A stretch of DNA of 64,000 nucleotides from Psammoneis japonica (GCA_008632985.1 QPGO01000029.1:62001-126000), one strand, 5' to 3'. Positions 11,462 to 25,350 are shown, numbered from the stretch's first letter. Made by a program: numbers and translations. Notes: generated from the sequence alone by a model not told the origin.

Positions 11462-11930
11462 AGAGAGTGCATTTGTACTGCTTTGGAAGTTCATGGACAC
11501 GTAGTGTAGGCGTGATTATGTGATGGCTTATGACACGAACGATCGGGTTAGTTTGCAGTCGCAAGAAGCGATGATGTTTCTTCTAAGTAGTCTACCTAGT
11601 TCTGGTTGCTTGTTTTCTTCGTGGTGAGAAGAAAGACCGCATAGTCTAGAAGCAAATGCAGAGATGGAATGTCAATCGCACCTCACAGTGAACCGGTACG
11701 AATCTACAATGGCAGAACTAGAGCTGATGTTTGGAAAGAGACGCACATTGCTAGAGTACTACGAGCATAAATCACATTTGGAATGTGCAACGGCATAAAA
11801 ATTAAAGACTACAACCTGTTCTTGGAATGATGGTCTGACACGAATGAATCTACAATGTTGGAGTTCTGCCTGTAGTAGCCTATGATCTCGGTTCACTCCT
11901 TCCTTCCCTGCAATTGTCTATGATAGGGGC

Positions 11931-13516
11931 TTACTCCTTCATGCCCTTCGCCATCTCAGAATCCTTGAGTCCCACGGCAGCCTTGCTGTAATCCCAAACT
12001 TTTTTCGCGGTAGGAAGATCTCTGACGGCATCACTCTGAGTGTTCTCAAAGATTTCTCCTCCAGAACCGCCGGCTCCTCGTGGCTTTCCGTCGGCACTCC
12101 AGCGACCGACCGTCTGAGCTCCTCCGTTCCAACTCCAGTAAACACCAGACTTGTTGCAGTTGGGATCATCAATCACCTGAGCAAGGCGCTCACCCGCCTC
12201 TTTTTCACTGACATATCCACCGGTCACGTACTTCATGAACCAAGGGAAGGCCTTGCGGAACCAAGTTCGCTTTTCACGGAACAAAGCAGTCTCAGCAATG
12301 CAACCAGGGTACATGCTGGAAAACACAATACCGGTACTGTCATGGTATCTCCTGTGAAGCTCAGAAACAGTCATCATGTTGCAAACCTAGAGGGACAAAA
12401 TATTTCAAATGAGTGTTCCGAGAAAAAACAAAAAGAGCACGACAGATCCTCATTATGGCTTCTTACCTTGGAGTCTTTGTAAGCCTTGGCACCAAAGAAG
12501 GGCTTACCGTCGGCCATTTCAATGGGCTTCTTGGCTCCTTGTTCCAGACCTTTGAGGTTTCCGAGGTCAGCTTGAGGGTATACGAGACCTCCTCCGACGG
12601 TGTTTGTGTTGCCCGTAATGGATCCAACAATGCACACACGGGCGCCCTTTGCCTTTCTCATATCCTCAAGTAGCAGGTTAACGAGAAGAAAGTGTCCCAA
12701 ATGGTTCACGCCCTAGAAAAAATGAAAAACCAAATTATGAGATTCACATATTCAACAAAGAAAAGAAAATGCTGCTCTTTGTCGTCTTACCATTGACATT
12801 TCAAATCCATCGTCGGTCCACGCAGGCTTTGGGTCGGTAGGTTTGTAGACAGCTGCGTTACAGATAAGGTGTGTAAGCGGCCGAGCAGACTTGAAAGCCT
12901 TGAGGTTTTTCACAAAATCTCTCACACTTTGGAGACTGGCGAGCTCAAGTTTCATAACAGTGTAAGAGTTTTCTGGGAAGTCTAATTCCTTGGCAACTGT
13001 AGAGTATGGAGAAAAATGAGAAAATTAGATATTCAGCCCACATCGAAAACACAAACTTCTCGACCACGACCTATACAAAACAAATAAGAGAACAGGATAT
13101 TCCATTTTATTTTCGTTTGCGCATCACTCACCTTTTTTCCCCTTTTCGACATCACGGCAAGCCATAATGACAAAGTATTCCCCAGTCTTAGCGAGTGATT
13201 CGGCGCATCGGAGACCGAGACCAGAGGAAGCTCCAGTAATTACCACAAGCTTACGAAGACCGATTTTCATACCACCAAGAACCTTGGGAACCTCCTTTTC
13301 AGCAGGCATGTACACCTTTTCGGGCAATTCCGTCTGCGTTAGCATATCGCATCGTGCCGATGTTGTCGGGGTGACGACGGCATCGGGCTGCCTGAACAAG
13401 GGCGATTTCACAGCCGATTGCTGCACATTCAGCGCCTTGTTTGACACTGGAGCAAAGGCACTCACGAGCGATACAGCTGAGGCTGCTAGGACCGCAAAAC
13501 GTTGGAGTTGGACCAT
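11931..13516 (-). CDS. POR: Light-dependent NADPH:protochlorophyllide oxidoreductase, plastid-targeted, 4 exons
   Basis: Signal peptide plus 'SAFAP'; '[11 protein letters not shown]'; 'NHLGHFLL'; catalytic 'AYKDSK'; '[13 protein letters not shown]'; 'SGVYWSWN'. Three GT-AG introns. Confidence 0.97.
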
Positions 13517-14093
13517 GGTTGCAGCTTTTTCCAACTCACTCTTAGAGACGCGATTTTGTGATTCAGACACCGATGCATGATCGATTTGATGGATGCAAAT
13601 TTTGATGGGTGGTACGTACGTAGATTTCTACACGAAAAACATACTGAAGTTGAGGTTGAAAAATCAACTGCGGAGAACGGATTCATTGCATTCCATAAGA
13701 TCTGAATAATTGTATAGTGAAATACTCCTCCGGGTGACTAATTTTGCCAGTATTGATTCTACGAGTTTTTACCGTACAAAACTTCAACAATCCGAGATGA
13801 TCGAATTTGCTGTCCGTGTGTCAGTTCCAGGTGGAAATGCCACTGTTCGACGGAGTGTGGCGCAGACAGAGAAGAATAATGAGAGTACCGTATCACGAGG
13901 ACCGACCGCGAACGATCTCTTTAGAGTTGTGAAGACAGAAATAACTTTATGTTTTAGCACGATGGCCATACACAGTGGTATCGGTGACACTTTTACATGA
14001 TAGCCCTATTTATCCAAACAAGCTATCATTTCGGTAATGCTGTTCGTCTATCATTCAGCGTTTAACACACGCAACCCGGTCTACCGTACATGC

Positions 14094-15662
14094 CTACATT
14101 CCGGACATTGGAGGCGGGTCGCGATACTGCACAGATATCATGCTCGAAGGATCAACGGCTGGCACCGGCTGGGGAGCAACAGCAGGTGGAGCTGGCTCGA
14201 TTGTGTGTGCTGACTGCTGCAGGACTGACGAGTTATTCTGAGGCGGCACAAGGGGAGGAGGGACAGCGTTACCGTTGCTATCCAACTGAACCTGCTCAAG
14301 TTGCGGAATGAGCGTAGACCAGATTTCTTCCATTCTCTTGTTGTATTCAACCTGCAAGTTGATATAGTCAAGGACAGTGCGCCGCATATCCTCCGCCTTT
14401 TCTCGCTTGAATCGGTCAACTTCTCGCAAAACTCGCTGTGAGACAGTGGCAAAGTCATCTCTCGCAACCTCCGCCGCTTCCTGCGCTCGCCGAAGAGAAA
14501 TCTCCGCCGCATATGCCTTTGCGTCCATGCCCGGTTGAGCCCGAAGCTTTGCAAGGCTGGTTTGTTTCGATTCAACCTCCGAGAGGCACGTGCTGTAGGT
14601 GAGACGCTTTTCGTGGCGTCGCTGCAAGGCCAGCTTGACCGCATGAATCGTCTTGATGTAGTCCTGCAGCGGTTCCTCAAACTGCGCCATTTCTCGTTCC
14701 GCATGCTCGGCACTGAGAACCGACAACTGATCCGCAGTCTCACCCATTTTACCAAGAGCATCACCGAGAGCATCAGCCTCGCTCTGGCCCAACAGATTAA
14801 AGGCGAGACCAAATTCAAACAGCCCATTGGCAATCTCTTTCCCTTTTCGAACTAGGCCAGAAGCCTGATTTGATACATTCTTCATCTGCAAATCTAGACC
14901 ATGAACATAGCGGTTAACTTCATCAAAGATGGCGTCGTCAGGACTCTTGACTAAATCTCCAGAAATCGAAGTTTTCGCTTCGGCAAACCAGCGCTTAAAG
15001 CCGTCCTTCTTGGGCGGAGTCGCCCTGACTGGCAGCGACGGGTTGGAAGACGACAAGACTACATCTGCTTTCGAGTGCTTCGCAGCCTGAAAGGTCACAT
15101 CATCGGCTCGTAGAAAGGTATCAAGGCACTGCGCATCCGCCAACTCGGGATGAACCGCCACTCGGCGCAAAAAGCGTTCCAAGTTGACACGGCGGTCTTC
15201 CACAAAGGCAGCCGAGAAACGAGCTACTGCCTGCTTCTCGGGAAGAGGAGGAACAATGGCACCGGCACGTTCTTTGTGAAGACGTTCGTATAACCACAAA
15301 AAGTCAGAATATCGTCTTAGCACCGCACTATAAGTGGTATTGGATAGAATAACGTCCTGATTCTCGGCAGAGGGCGTTGTTGCCGGAGGGCGCACGTCTA
15401 CTCGATAAGACGTGTATTTGTTCATGCCCTCCGAGTGCTGAACTGGGTCAGATACCTAAGAAAAACAATAACAGTAAACGCAAACGCACTCATGAGCTTG
15501 ACTTATGCACCCAATATTCAAGAGTCACGTTGACCCCATCCGGTTGAGTCGTATGTCGCGACGAGGTGATTGAATACCTACCGTAATGTGAAGTGCGGCG
15601 TCTTCTGGCCTTGCTGTTCGCTGCGCCGCTGGTGGAGCTGTAGATCCCGCCATGGTCATCAT
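14094..15662 (-). CDS. SNX1: Sorting nexin (PX-BAR, SNX1/Vps5-like), 2 exons
   Basis: Exon 1 'MMTMAGSTAPP..AALHIT' splices to 'VSDPVQHSEGMNKYTSY'. PX motifs 'VLRRYSDFLWL' and 'IVPPLPEK', followed by a helical BAR domain. Confidence 0.93.
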
Positions 15663-16684
15663 GATTGCAGGGAGTCAAAGAGCTTTAGAGGTAGATGTAG
15701 AGCGCTGGAGACTGGAGAGGTTAAACTCCGTTCACCATGGCATGGAGGCCGGAATGCGGGAGTCTTCAGCAGAAATTCGGCCTTTGTACGTACAAGTGAC
15801 GTGTTTTCGATACGGCGGTATTTTAACGGTTCGATACGTTGGTTAGTCCAAAGAGTCGAAAATTCTGCGTTAGCACATTCGGGCGACGGGCGAACTCCGT
15901 TCGATCACCCAGCCCGCCCGCCCGCCCATGCATCCATGCTCTAGGCCCACCATGCATGTCCATAAAGTGCTCTCACTGTTGGACTGCATTATAGAAAGAA
16001 AGCAAACTTGCTGAAGAGATCCTCTCTGCTCTCTGGCGCCAAGCCAAACTCCAGCAAAAAGGCGAGAGAGGCGCCGCTCTTCACGCACCTGCCGGCTTTC
16101 CACAGAGTTGCAACCTCTCCGTTTTTCTGCAATGCACGACAATTTTAGAGAAATGAAATCTGTTGTTGGTGCCATCTTTTGCAACTTCTTTAATTGATCA
16201 TCTGCAAAGCATCACACTCCCCTCTGAGCATCAGGAGGCCTGGTGGCTCTGAGTGCCTCTGCCAACACCGCTGCACCCGAGGAGGGCACCACTGTCTGTG
16301 AGTTGAGCAGACTGTTGGCAGCATGGATTGATGCACAACAATGGCACTCATGGGCCTCCACTAGAGCCATGAGGCCTGCCGTACAGTGGGGCCCTGGCAG
16401 CGAGACCCAAGACGGTGGCATGCACCAATTTCCCGCCAAATCTCCGTCGACCGTTGAGTTTCAGCAAAGCATAATTTTTTTATTCAAACCTTAATATTAT
16501 ACATATGAATGTTTAACCTTGAGTAATGATGAAAGCAGACAGTTTCAAATTTCCAAAAAACGGACGCCACTTTTTTCTTGCCCAACGCTTTCTCACCCCT
16601 TGGCTGATCAGCCAGAGCGGCCATTTGCTTTGTTATTATCAATAGATTGAGCAACCTATACTAGTGCACCAACCGCCAACGACA

Positions 16685-18388
16685 ATGGTCTCATCTCGTT
16701 TTCTATGTTTGGTGGCTTTTTCGGTCTTCCCGCAGGTCGCGATGGCAGCGGATGAGGAGTGCGACTTGAACTGTTCCCCCAAACATTCATTTGGATGCTA
16801 CGACGGGCCTGCAGACTTTTCCAGACATGCCAATCGTCATGGTGAGCCATTTAAATTCCATCAGATCAATGCCAGTGAGAACAACAAACACTGTGCATGT
16901 TTTCCTTCTTGGACTGGATTGGAATGTAAGAATCGGGTCGAAACCTGCCACTTGTCGAATCACAAGTGTTACAATGGTGGTAAATGCATACATGGTCTAC
17001 TGGACGAATTTGGGTCTTCCAAGCCGGCATGTGACTGTCGACAAGCCGTAGATGAGGATGGAGTGCGATACGCTGGAGCGCACTGCGAGCACAAAGCTGT
17101 CGAGGTGTGCGACAACAACAGAGAAGCATTTTGTATTAACGGCGGAACTTGTAAAACAAATTCGTAAGTGCTTGATGTATATCAGAAGAAATTTTGGACT
17201 TTTCTGATGCCTCCCTTGACCTTTTCTTTCCCTCATGCAGGAAAGAGCATCCTCAGCGTCCTTGTTTCTGTCGTGACGGGTACGGAGGCCCGCACTGCGA
17301 ATTCAAAAAGGACGAGTTTCCAACCTGTGACTTGGAATGTCTGAACGGTGAATGCCATTTAGGGCTCCAGAACTATGCTCAAGCTCAGGGATATGCATTC
17401 CGTGACAGCATTTCAAGGGACCACGAAGGCTTGAAGTATTGCGAATGCGAACCAGGCTTTCATGGACCCAAGTGTGAAGCGAGCCATGCATCATGCGGTG
17501 AACAGGAATGCTTCAATGGGGGTACCTGTGTTACGAAGAAAAGTTCTGCCGGACGAATGGAGCAATACTGTGATTGTACTACCGGGAAGACCGATTCTCT
17601 TTCGTTCTCTGGGCGTTATTGTCAATACGAATCAACAACATTTTGTTCCGACGAATCAGACGTGAATGGTCGTTTGTTTTGTGTGAATGGTGGAAAATGC
17701 AACGAGACAGAAGCGTAAGTCATCTGCCAGTCATCATCTCTTTCACTAGGTATCTTGAGAATGCTCATTGTTTTTATGATTTTTTTCAATTCATAGACAT
17801 CTTGGGTGCAGTTGTCCCGAGGGATTCTCGGGGCCAGTTTGCGAATTTAAAGATTCAGAGGACGATGAGGAATACACCAAATGCAGGTTGGAGTGTAGCA
17901 ATGGAGGAATCTGTCGAAAAGGTGTGAAAGACGAAAGCTTTTTCAGCTACAGAGGATTCAATTCATCTCGCCTGAGCAAACGTTCAAACGGAGACAACGA
18001 GTATTGCGTTTGCAGGCCAGGGTTTGTCGGACACACGTGCAACACCGTTGTAGAAGTTTGCGGTGGGCGACAAATATGTTTAAATGGTGGACGATGCAAG
18101 AAAGGTGGTCGAAATAGCGGATGCGATTGCGCCCCCTCTTTTAATAAGACACATGGATATTCCGGGAAGTATTGCGAGGATCTGGTTGAGGTTAAGTCTT
18201 CTGGATTGTCGAGTGGTGCAGTGGCAATGATCGTTTTGGCATGTACCTTTACTGTTGTTTTCCTTGGTGCTGTCATTGTGAGGCGATGGAGAAGGAAGCA
18301 TATGATCGATAAAGATGCGTCGATCAACTCTGTTGTCACTGCAAGTGAGGCAGAAAGAATTGGGGAGCTAGATGTGAATGTAATTTAG
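16685..18388 (+). CDS. EGF-like repeat type I membrane protein (paralog 1), 3 exons
   Basis: Signal peptide; repeated CxNGGxC and CxCxxGxxGxxC motifs; introns ~17165-17240 and ~17715-17798; TM 'AVAMIVLACTFTVVFLGAVIV' followed by basic RRWRRK. Confidence 0.9.
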
Positions 18389-18429
18389 TGATACGTGGTT
18401 TTGGACTGCGGAAGATACCTTGTACTCAA

Positions 18430-20230
18430 TGTTGTGATCTGCAGCTGCAAACGAGACACACCACATGCATTGCCTCACTTGCTGGGGCAATGCATGCCAC
18501 AAACTCAGCCAGGTGGAAGCGGCACATGTTAATCTGTTACCCATCAGCCCGGTTGCCTGGTCACATTCGTGTGTCTTTCTGTGTTTTGCGCAACACAGAC
18601 CACGTGTGTTGCTGACTTTGCCTGATGCAAGGAATGATGACGAACAACGCCAGCATGAGATGAAAGTTTGGAGGACAAACTGTCAGTGACAGCATTGCAG
18701 TGAAGAGAGACACCACCACACACACCTTCTTGCTCCATCCACATGCTTGCTGGGACAAGGCATGCTGCAAACTCAACAACCAATTCCAAAAGACATGCTG
18801 GGATTGCCACAAGCTCTGTTGCCAACCAGCCCAATTGGCCATGTCTGTTGCATGGCATGATGCATGCCATATGCATGCTGTTAATTTTCTGCTGCTGCTG
18901 CTGCTGCCACACAGCTGCTTTTCTCCTTCATTTTCTTCTTGGTGCAGAGTTGAGGAGCCCACATTGTGAACAAAATCACAATGCACAGGACATGCTTTTT
19001 GAAAACTGGTGCATTGCCCAAGCACCAGACAGCCACAGAAAAAATGCACACCTGCAACAAGCCATGGAAGAGGGGGCAGGCAGTGTCATCATGTGAAAGA
19101 GCACAACCAGCACAGCCACATTGCACATTCAGCATCAAACATTGCACACTGCAAAACATTGGTTTCATCAAGCAGGTGCAGGGGGGGGGGCTCTGCTTGC
19201 TTTCCAAAGTCATGAAAGCCACCAAACAACTTACATCAATGGAAATTTCAGAGTGAGAGCCAAGAATTGATGTGGGCATGTCACACGCTGCTTAAGAGTT
19301 TTGATGCCTGAACAAAGCCCCCACAAAAGCAATGTGCATGAATCCAAAAATTGAGCAAATTGACTTGTGCAGCAGGACAGGGTCTCTGAGTGGTGCTTGA
19401 GCAGAGATTTCAGTGTTGTGCAAAACCACAAAACTGTTTTGCGCAAAGCACATGTGTGCGCAATGGCAAGACATGCAGAGCTTGAGTCCTCACATAAAAC
19501 CAGTCACACTTGGCACTGCACAGATCCTGCACACAAGATGGCCAGTCGCAACGTGACTTGATGCATGGAGCTCCAGCAGCCTGTTGCAGGTCTTGCACCA
19601 GGGCTCACATTTTCCAGCATGCACTTCTGCATGATCAGTGTTTCCATGGTGGACAGCCTGCAGACACACAGGAAAGCAGCATCGATGACAGCTGTGGCAA
19701 GGACTCCATTGTGTCCCCAAGTGAGCTTGTGAGAGCAAAAATGTGGCCCAAAATTTGTTGGCAATGTCTCAGCAAGCAAGTGAACAACAATGAAGCTGCA
19801 ATGCAGCAGCATTGCACGTCATTCACAGAAGTGATTGTCAACTCAATGATGTGGCGGAAGTGCTTTTGAAGTGAGATGAGATGCATTTTGCACCAAGCAA
19901 CGCCTGTGCTGAGTCTCGCGTCAAAAACTCAGAAATCGTCAAAAATGCAGAAATCTCCGTCACTGCACGACGGGGCTGCTGTCAGGGAATGTCTGTGCGA
20001 GCACACAAGATGAGAAAAACCTGCTTGGCATTGTTCTTCATTGTTTGTAGAACACATTTGGTCACTTGCTGATGAGATGTGACCATTTTTGAAGGACTGG
20101 AGATGCACCTGCTCGTGTCAAGAAGGCGAGCTCCACTCCCTTGAAATTTTGGCGAGCTTGAAAAAGCCGTTTGGAGCTCCACGAGAATTTGAAATGAGAG
20201 ATTTTGCTCTCCACGCACAGCATAAGTGTT
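18430..20230. other. TpA/CpG-depleted degenerate island of unidentified origin (probably a transposon relic)
   Basis: Abrupt switch to TG/CA-rich composition between two intact genes. Frames are Cys/His-rich and almost Tyr-free. Short (CTG)n at ~18889-18906. Confidence 0.7.
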
Positions 20231-20459
20231 CAGATGTTGCACTTACATTGATGAACCGCTTCAAAGGCGTGCTGTCGAATGCCGGCTCTGTTGCAATAAA
20301 GGGGGTTCTCATCACGTCGTCAAGTCGTCCGCGTTCCTTTGCGCTTGGCGATCGAGCCGTTGAAAAGTCGCGCGAACTAAGCGCTGGTTTGCATCCTACT
20401 CTACAGCATTTTTTCATCACCTTTCGTTGCTTGCTCTTGGCGACGCCGTTGTCTCTACC

Positions 20460-22578
20460 ATGGCTCTTGACTTCACTGAAACGGGTAGCCCACGTCGTCG
20501 AAGAGCAACTAATTTGTCAGATAGTTCATCCACGTTGTTGGTGCAGTCTGGCTCAGGCTATTCCGACTCAGACGATGAGGAGGGAGGCAACGCCAAGCGC
20601 CCACGACATCATTCTGCCCAAACTTACGGTGCGGCGTGTTCCTTGGGAAGGTTCTTTTTGAATCCTTGTCTATGTCTCACAAGGTCGGTACAGATATGTT
20701 TTCAGAATGTACTACAGCCTATCTTTGCTCCTCTTTTGAACGACAAGTGGCAGCGGTCTTCACGACTTCCAAGACGTTTTTCGAGAGAAAACAGATTTCT
20801 GGGGTTTCTATTAGTGGTGTTTTTTGTTGCTGTTCTATGGTTGTTGAAAAGCGATGAAAACCAATGGATCTCACGCCCAAGATCCGATTGGCATTTAGAA
20901 AGAATTCCTGTCACGATTGGGCTGTTCGATTTTACACAAATCGAAGATGTTGGCGGTTGGATATACGGCGCCCATCGCTTCGCTACCCTAGATGAAAGAT
21001 TTTCGCTTGCAAATATTCTTGATTCTGAGGACGTTTCTGAAACGGCTGATGTGACTTCTGATCCAGATTACGGCGGACTTTTGTTTGATTCCCTCGCGGA
21101 TGCGTCCATCTCCAATTTTAAACGAAGAATTAACCCAGAAGACAGCGACATTTACGAGAAGGAACGACGAAAGCAACTAAAGGAAATAGATTTGGGCAAG
21201 TTTTCTTTTCGCTATCTCCATGACGATGAAGTCGAATTCGTCCAGAAAGAATGCAGGCGGCCCAAATGGGAATCCGCGTACTATCCAAATTGCAATAGCT
21301 TCCATGAGTTTGACCTAAGTCGAAGCGTCGAAATGGAGGTCACGACAAATGTGGACGTTACCGATTACCAGACCTTTTATTTCAGGTAAGGCATTGCTTT
21401 ACTTTCCCTTTCTAGTACGTTGCATTCAAGATTTGTTGATAACAGTCCTCTATTGATTTAGCCATGGGTATTTCAGGGATGCTTGGGGCCTGAACACCCG
21501 GTCAAAGGATAGTGTCGTCCTCAAAACGCTTCGTACTAAGGAGCACAAGTTTGACCATCATGCTATGTACACTGTTCTGAAAGACGCAGTTGTGATGGAA
21601 AGGCTCACCTCTTCACCTAGAATAGTCGATATGTATGGTCATTGCGCAACAAGCGTTCAGGTTGAGCGAGTGCTTCATGAAATTGAAGAGTTTATCGTCC
21701 CTGGTGAAGGTACTGCCAAGCAAGATGACTTGGATGATTCTCGAGATGTCAACCCAAAGAATAACTACACAGTAGAGGAAAAACTGCAGATTGCATTGGA
21801 CATGGCTGAGTCACTAGCCGACCTACATGGTTTCAAGGTAGAGTCACATATATCATTCATCTTTCAAATTTTTGGTGGGGATGCTTTGATGGTCTAACTG
21901 TTGTTTTACTCTCTCTCACTTCAGGACGGAGTCATTGTACATGATGATGTGCAACTGTGTCAATGGCTGCGAACTGAAGATGGTAAGGTGAAATTAGGAG
22001 ACTTTAATCGTGCCGAAATCATGAACTGGAGTGAGGAGAAACAAGCTTACTGCAAACACAACAACGGCGAGGGATGGGGAGAGGTAAGTTCAAATAGCAC
22101 AGCGTCGCGTATCCCAGGAAATTAGTGGCCTCACCCTTTTTTACTGTAATTCCCCCGTTGCAGTATCGTGCACCCGAAGAGTTCGCAGCTAAGGATCTTG
22201 ACGAGCAGATTGATGTCTTCAGCTTTGGAAACAACATATACGGCCTGCTAACGGGCTTGTGGGTTTATTATGCTATTGATGACGATGAGGTGAAGCAGGT
22301 AAGACCATGTAAAGCCACATCAAAAAATTTTCTATCCATTGAACCTTCTCGATAACGAATAGTGTTGTTATTTGCTGTTTGTCTATTGGAAAAAGAATAA
22401 AGTGATTGCTGGCGAGCTCCCGTACGTCGATGACAGGTACCGCAATAGAAGTTTCGTTGAGGGAAGACTAGTCTCGCTGATGGAGAAGTGCTGGGAGCAT
22501 GATCCATCAAAGCGTATCAACATCTTTGATGCTGTGAAGTTTCTTCGGAAAACGGTGGAGGAAAACGCTCGATCATAG
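20460..22578 (+). CDS. Type II membrane protein kinase-like protein (PKDCC/POMK-like features), 5 exons
   Basis: N-terminal TM 'FLGFLLVVFFVAVLWLL'; 'HGYFRDAW', 'VVLKTL', 'HDDVQLCQWL', 'KLGDFNRA', 'YRAPEE', 'IDVFSFGN', 'CWEHDPSKR'. Introns near 21386, 21838, 22084 and 22299. Confidence 0.85.
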
Positions 22579-22660
22579 GACGGGGAACTATTCCTTCTTT
22601 CCCTCCATTCCTCAACAAGCCGGCTTCTTGTCACCCATACCGTAGTAATTCATCATCCTA

Positions 22661-23188
22661 TCATAAGTGCTCGTCGTTGTCTATGGTGGGAAGTTCCATC
22701 GCACCTTCACGGAGGTTGTTCCCTTCGGCTCGAGGTAGCAGGAATTTCTCTTTCACGTGGTAATACAACAAGAATCCTGGAATTGCACCAATTAACCCAA
22801 TCAAAAAGTTGATAAAACTGGCAGTCCAGCTTACATGGTCCAAGTATATCACCAGCAGTCCCAAAGCACACGGCGCACCCAGGCCACCTCCGAGCATGCC
22901 AGCAATCCATTCCTTCTCAACCGCTTGAGGATAAAGTGTGAGGATAATTCCTCCAATCGCTCCAGAGAACGAGGCCACTATAAAATACGTCGATGTTTTC
23001 CAATCCAGGCCCGGGTTCTCAGTCGTGCCACTCTCAGAATCCACCCATTTCTTGTTGGACAGATCAAACATAAAGAACATGACCGGGAGAAAGAAGACTG
23101 TGCCTGCATAGATTCTAAGCCTTTCTCGACATCGGCTCTCTTGTTGTTGTGGTGGTTGTAGTTGAGCGCTTGATCCCGCCATTGTCAT
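22661..23188 (-). CDS. Hypothetical multi-pass membrane protein (175 aa)
   Basis: Clean ORF with about 4 hydrophobic Gly-rich helices and normal composition. Confidence 0.75.
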   Translation of the reverse strand: MTMAGSSAQLQPPQQQESRCRERLRIYAGTVFFLPVMFFMFDLSNKKWVDSESGTTENPGLDWKTSTYFIVASFSGAIGGIILTLYPQAVEKEWIAGMLGGGLGAPCALGLLVIYLDHVSWTASFINFLIGLIGAIPGFLLYYHVKEKFLLPRAEGNNLREGAMELPTIDNDEHL

Positions 23189-23432
23189 GGTCGAAAGACG
23201 TTGATGTTTCTGTATTTTTGTTGGTATGATCGCTTCTCGTTTTGGTCATGTTGACAGTCTGAGTCGCAAATTTGAAAATACGCGTATTATCGATACATCC
23301 ACGGGGGTGAGGCGAATGGGTTATGGGTGCCGATTTTCCCGCACTTCGCCGTGTTATTTGGACCCGTCTCCGAACACCCCCAAACACTTATGTGTTCGAC
23401 AAACCCTTATCAGGGCTGTTAGACCGCTATAT

Positions 23433-25009
23433 CCCCAACCCGTGACTTGAGGGGTCATAAAATGTACCCTCACTTTTCAGTCACGAATTAAGATGTCAGA
23501 ACGATTTGATACGAAACTTGCCTAAACATGATAAAACAGAAGCTTTCCTTCTAAAACAGGCCATTATCGCAAAATGTGGTTGCTAAATGCATTTCGATGC
23601 CCTGTAAGCTCGTTAAAGCTAAAGCTTTTTCGTCCAAATTGATCGCCAAAACTGAGCAGGGGACACATTGTGTACCCCTCACGCAAAGCATTTTTCGCGA
23701 TAATTATTGCATTATATATATTATACTATTAATATTGTATATATAGCTGGCCGATCCAAAAACAGCAAAAACGACGTTTTCCCGCGCTGCGACGCCAAAC
23801 ACCAAACATAATCATAATAAATCGACCATGACAACATCGATAGGCGGCGCTCGATTATGGCGCCCACACGCTTCCTGACAATCACATCAGTAAAGAATAC
23901 ATTACTATTCGCTGTAAGATGTGTATCCACGAAAAGAGAGGTGAGAAAAAGTGGAAGAATGGACAAAACCGCGTTCTGTGCTATCTGCTCGATTCTCACC
24001 ACTTGTTTCTCACGCTTGCGTTGTATTTTCGGTTTGTTCTCAACAGATTGACAAGGGCACAACCCATTATTTCCTGAAAGTCTCAAAGAATTGACTCTAC
24101 GAGGTTGCTCTAGTCACCAAGTGTGCAAAGTGAGTGCCGGGCTTGGAACTTCGGGCTTGTTTGTCGCATTGCCGATGGAATCAACAATCCACCCAACTCA
24201 GCAGGAGCAGTCCGAATCCCTGGAATGGTGAACAGCATTAAGAGGTAGCAGTGGCAGTGGTGATAGGTCTAATTGCTGCAATTGTGTGACAAGTGGCAGC
24301 AGTGGCAGCGGCAGCATGCGCAATCGACGGAACTGTTCATTCAGGAATCGGAAGAGTTTTCGGCACACGTTGACAGTGCCAACAAGACGCTGGAATTGGT
24401 TTGGCAACAAAGGGAACATGCACACTTTACTCTCTAGCATGGCCACTCTTGTTGATGCCGAAAGTGGATGTTGCAATAGATTTTGAAACACAATGCACAG
24501 TGACACACACAGCCACTTCTGCTTGTTACATTTTGCCAAGTGACAAAACATTTGGTGACAATGCAATGTGTGCTGCAACTTTACACTTTACAGCGCATTA
24601 CTGCACAGTGCAATGCATTGCTGCACAGCATAAACAGTGTTGTGTATGACCATTAACAACTTCACCAACAATGCTTTGTGTGACATGGCACACCCAATGA
24701 CTTGCTGGCTGAGGCAGTTGTTAGTTTCATGTCATCGTTGCAGTGACGCTCATGATCTGTTGCTGAGAATTCAACTACTTCCGGATCAAAAAATTTGCCA
24801 TGTTGTGATGCAGCATTGTGGCAAGGTTGTAACGTGTTGCGGAGACGTTACAAGGCCAATAGAGGCACTTGTTTGCGTGCCGCCGATGGTTTCATTACTC
24901 ACCCTCTGAGGGTACATTTTATGTCCCCGAAGGCGGCGGAATCCGGATTCTGGATTTTTGACAAAAACACCGTCGGGGACATTTTATGACCCCTTAGCGC
25001 GGGTTGGGG
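23433..25009. mobile_element. Non-autonomous piggyBac-like DNA element with TIRs and ATAT target-site duplication
   Basis: Left end ATAT|CCCCAACCCG..AGGGGTCATAAAATGTACCC; right end GGGGACATTTTATGACCCCT..CGGGTTGGGG|ATAT. Extra subterminal motif copies at ~23660 and ~24910. CCC...GGG ends and the GGGTCA..TGACCC-type motif are piggyBac-like. No intact transposase. Confidence 0.75.
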
Positions 25010-25350
25010 ATATGAGCTGCATGTTCGAAGCTTCAAACGCCACTTATCGGCCTATCCCCTGTTGCTAGGTTGAAATTACCGCTAATTTTCGCCAAAATCG
25101 CGCTGTTTATGGTAGATGAGCCACAACTTTCCAGGAAATGCCGATAATTGGCGTTTGATTGGCTATAGACATATCTACAGTCGATAAGCTAAAGATCGCA
25201 CATGGTCACAACCATCGTTTATGCATTCTATGATGTCTTAGGAACTGACAAAGTTAGACCTATCGCTAGAATTTCATTTGGCGAACGCGCGTGCATTTAG
25301 TGCGGTGCATCCGGTTATTATCCCAAAAAATTATTGGTCCGTAAATACCA

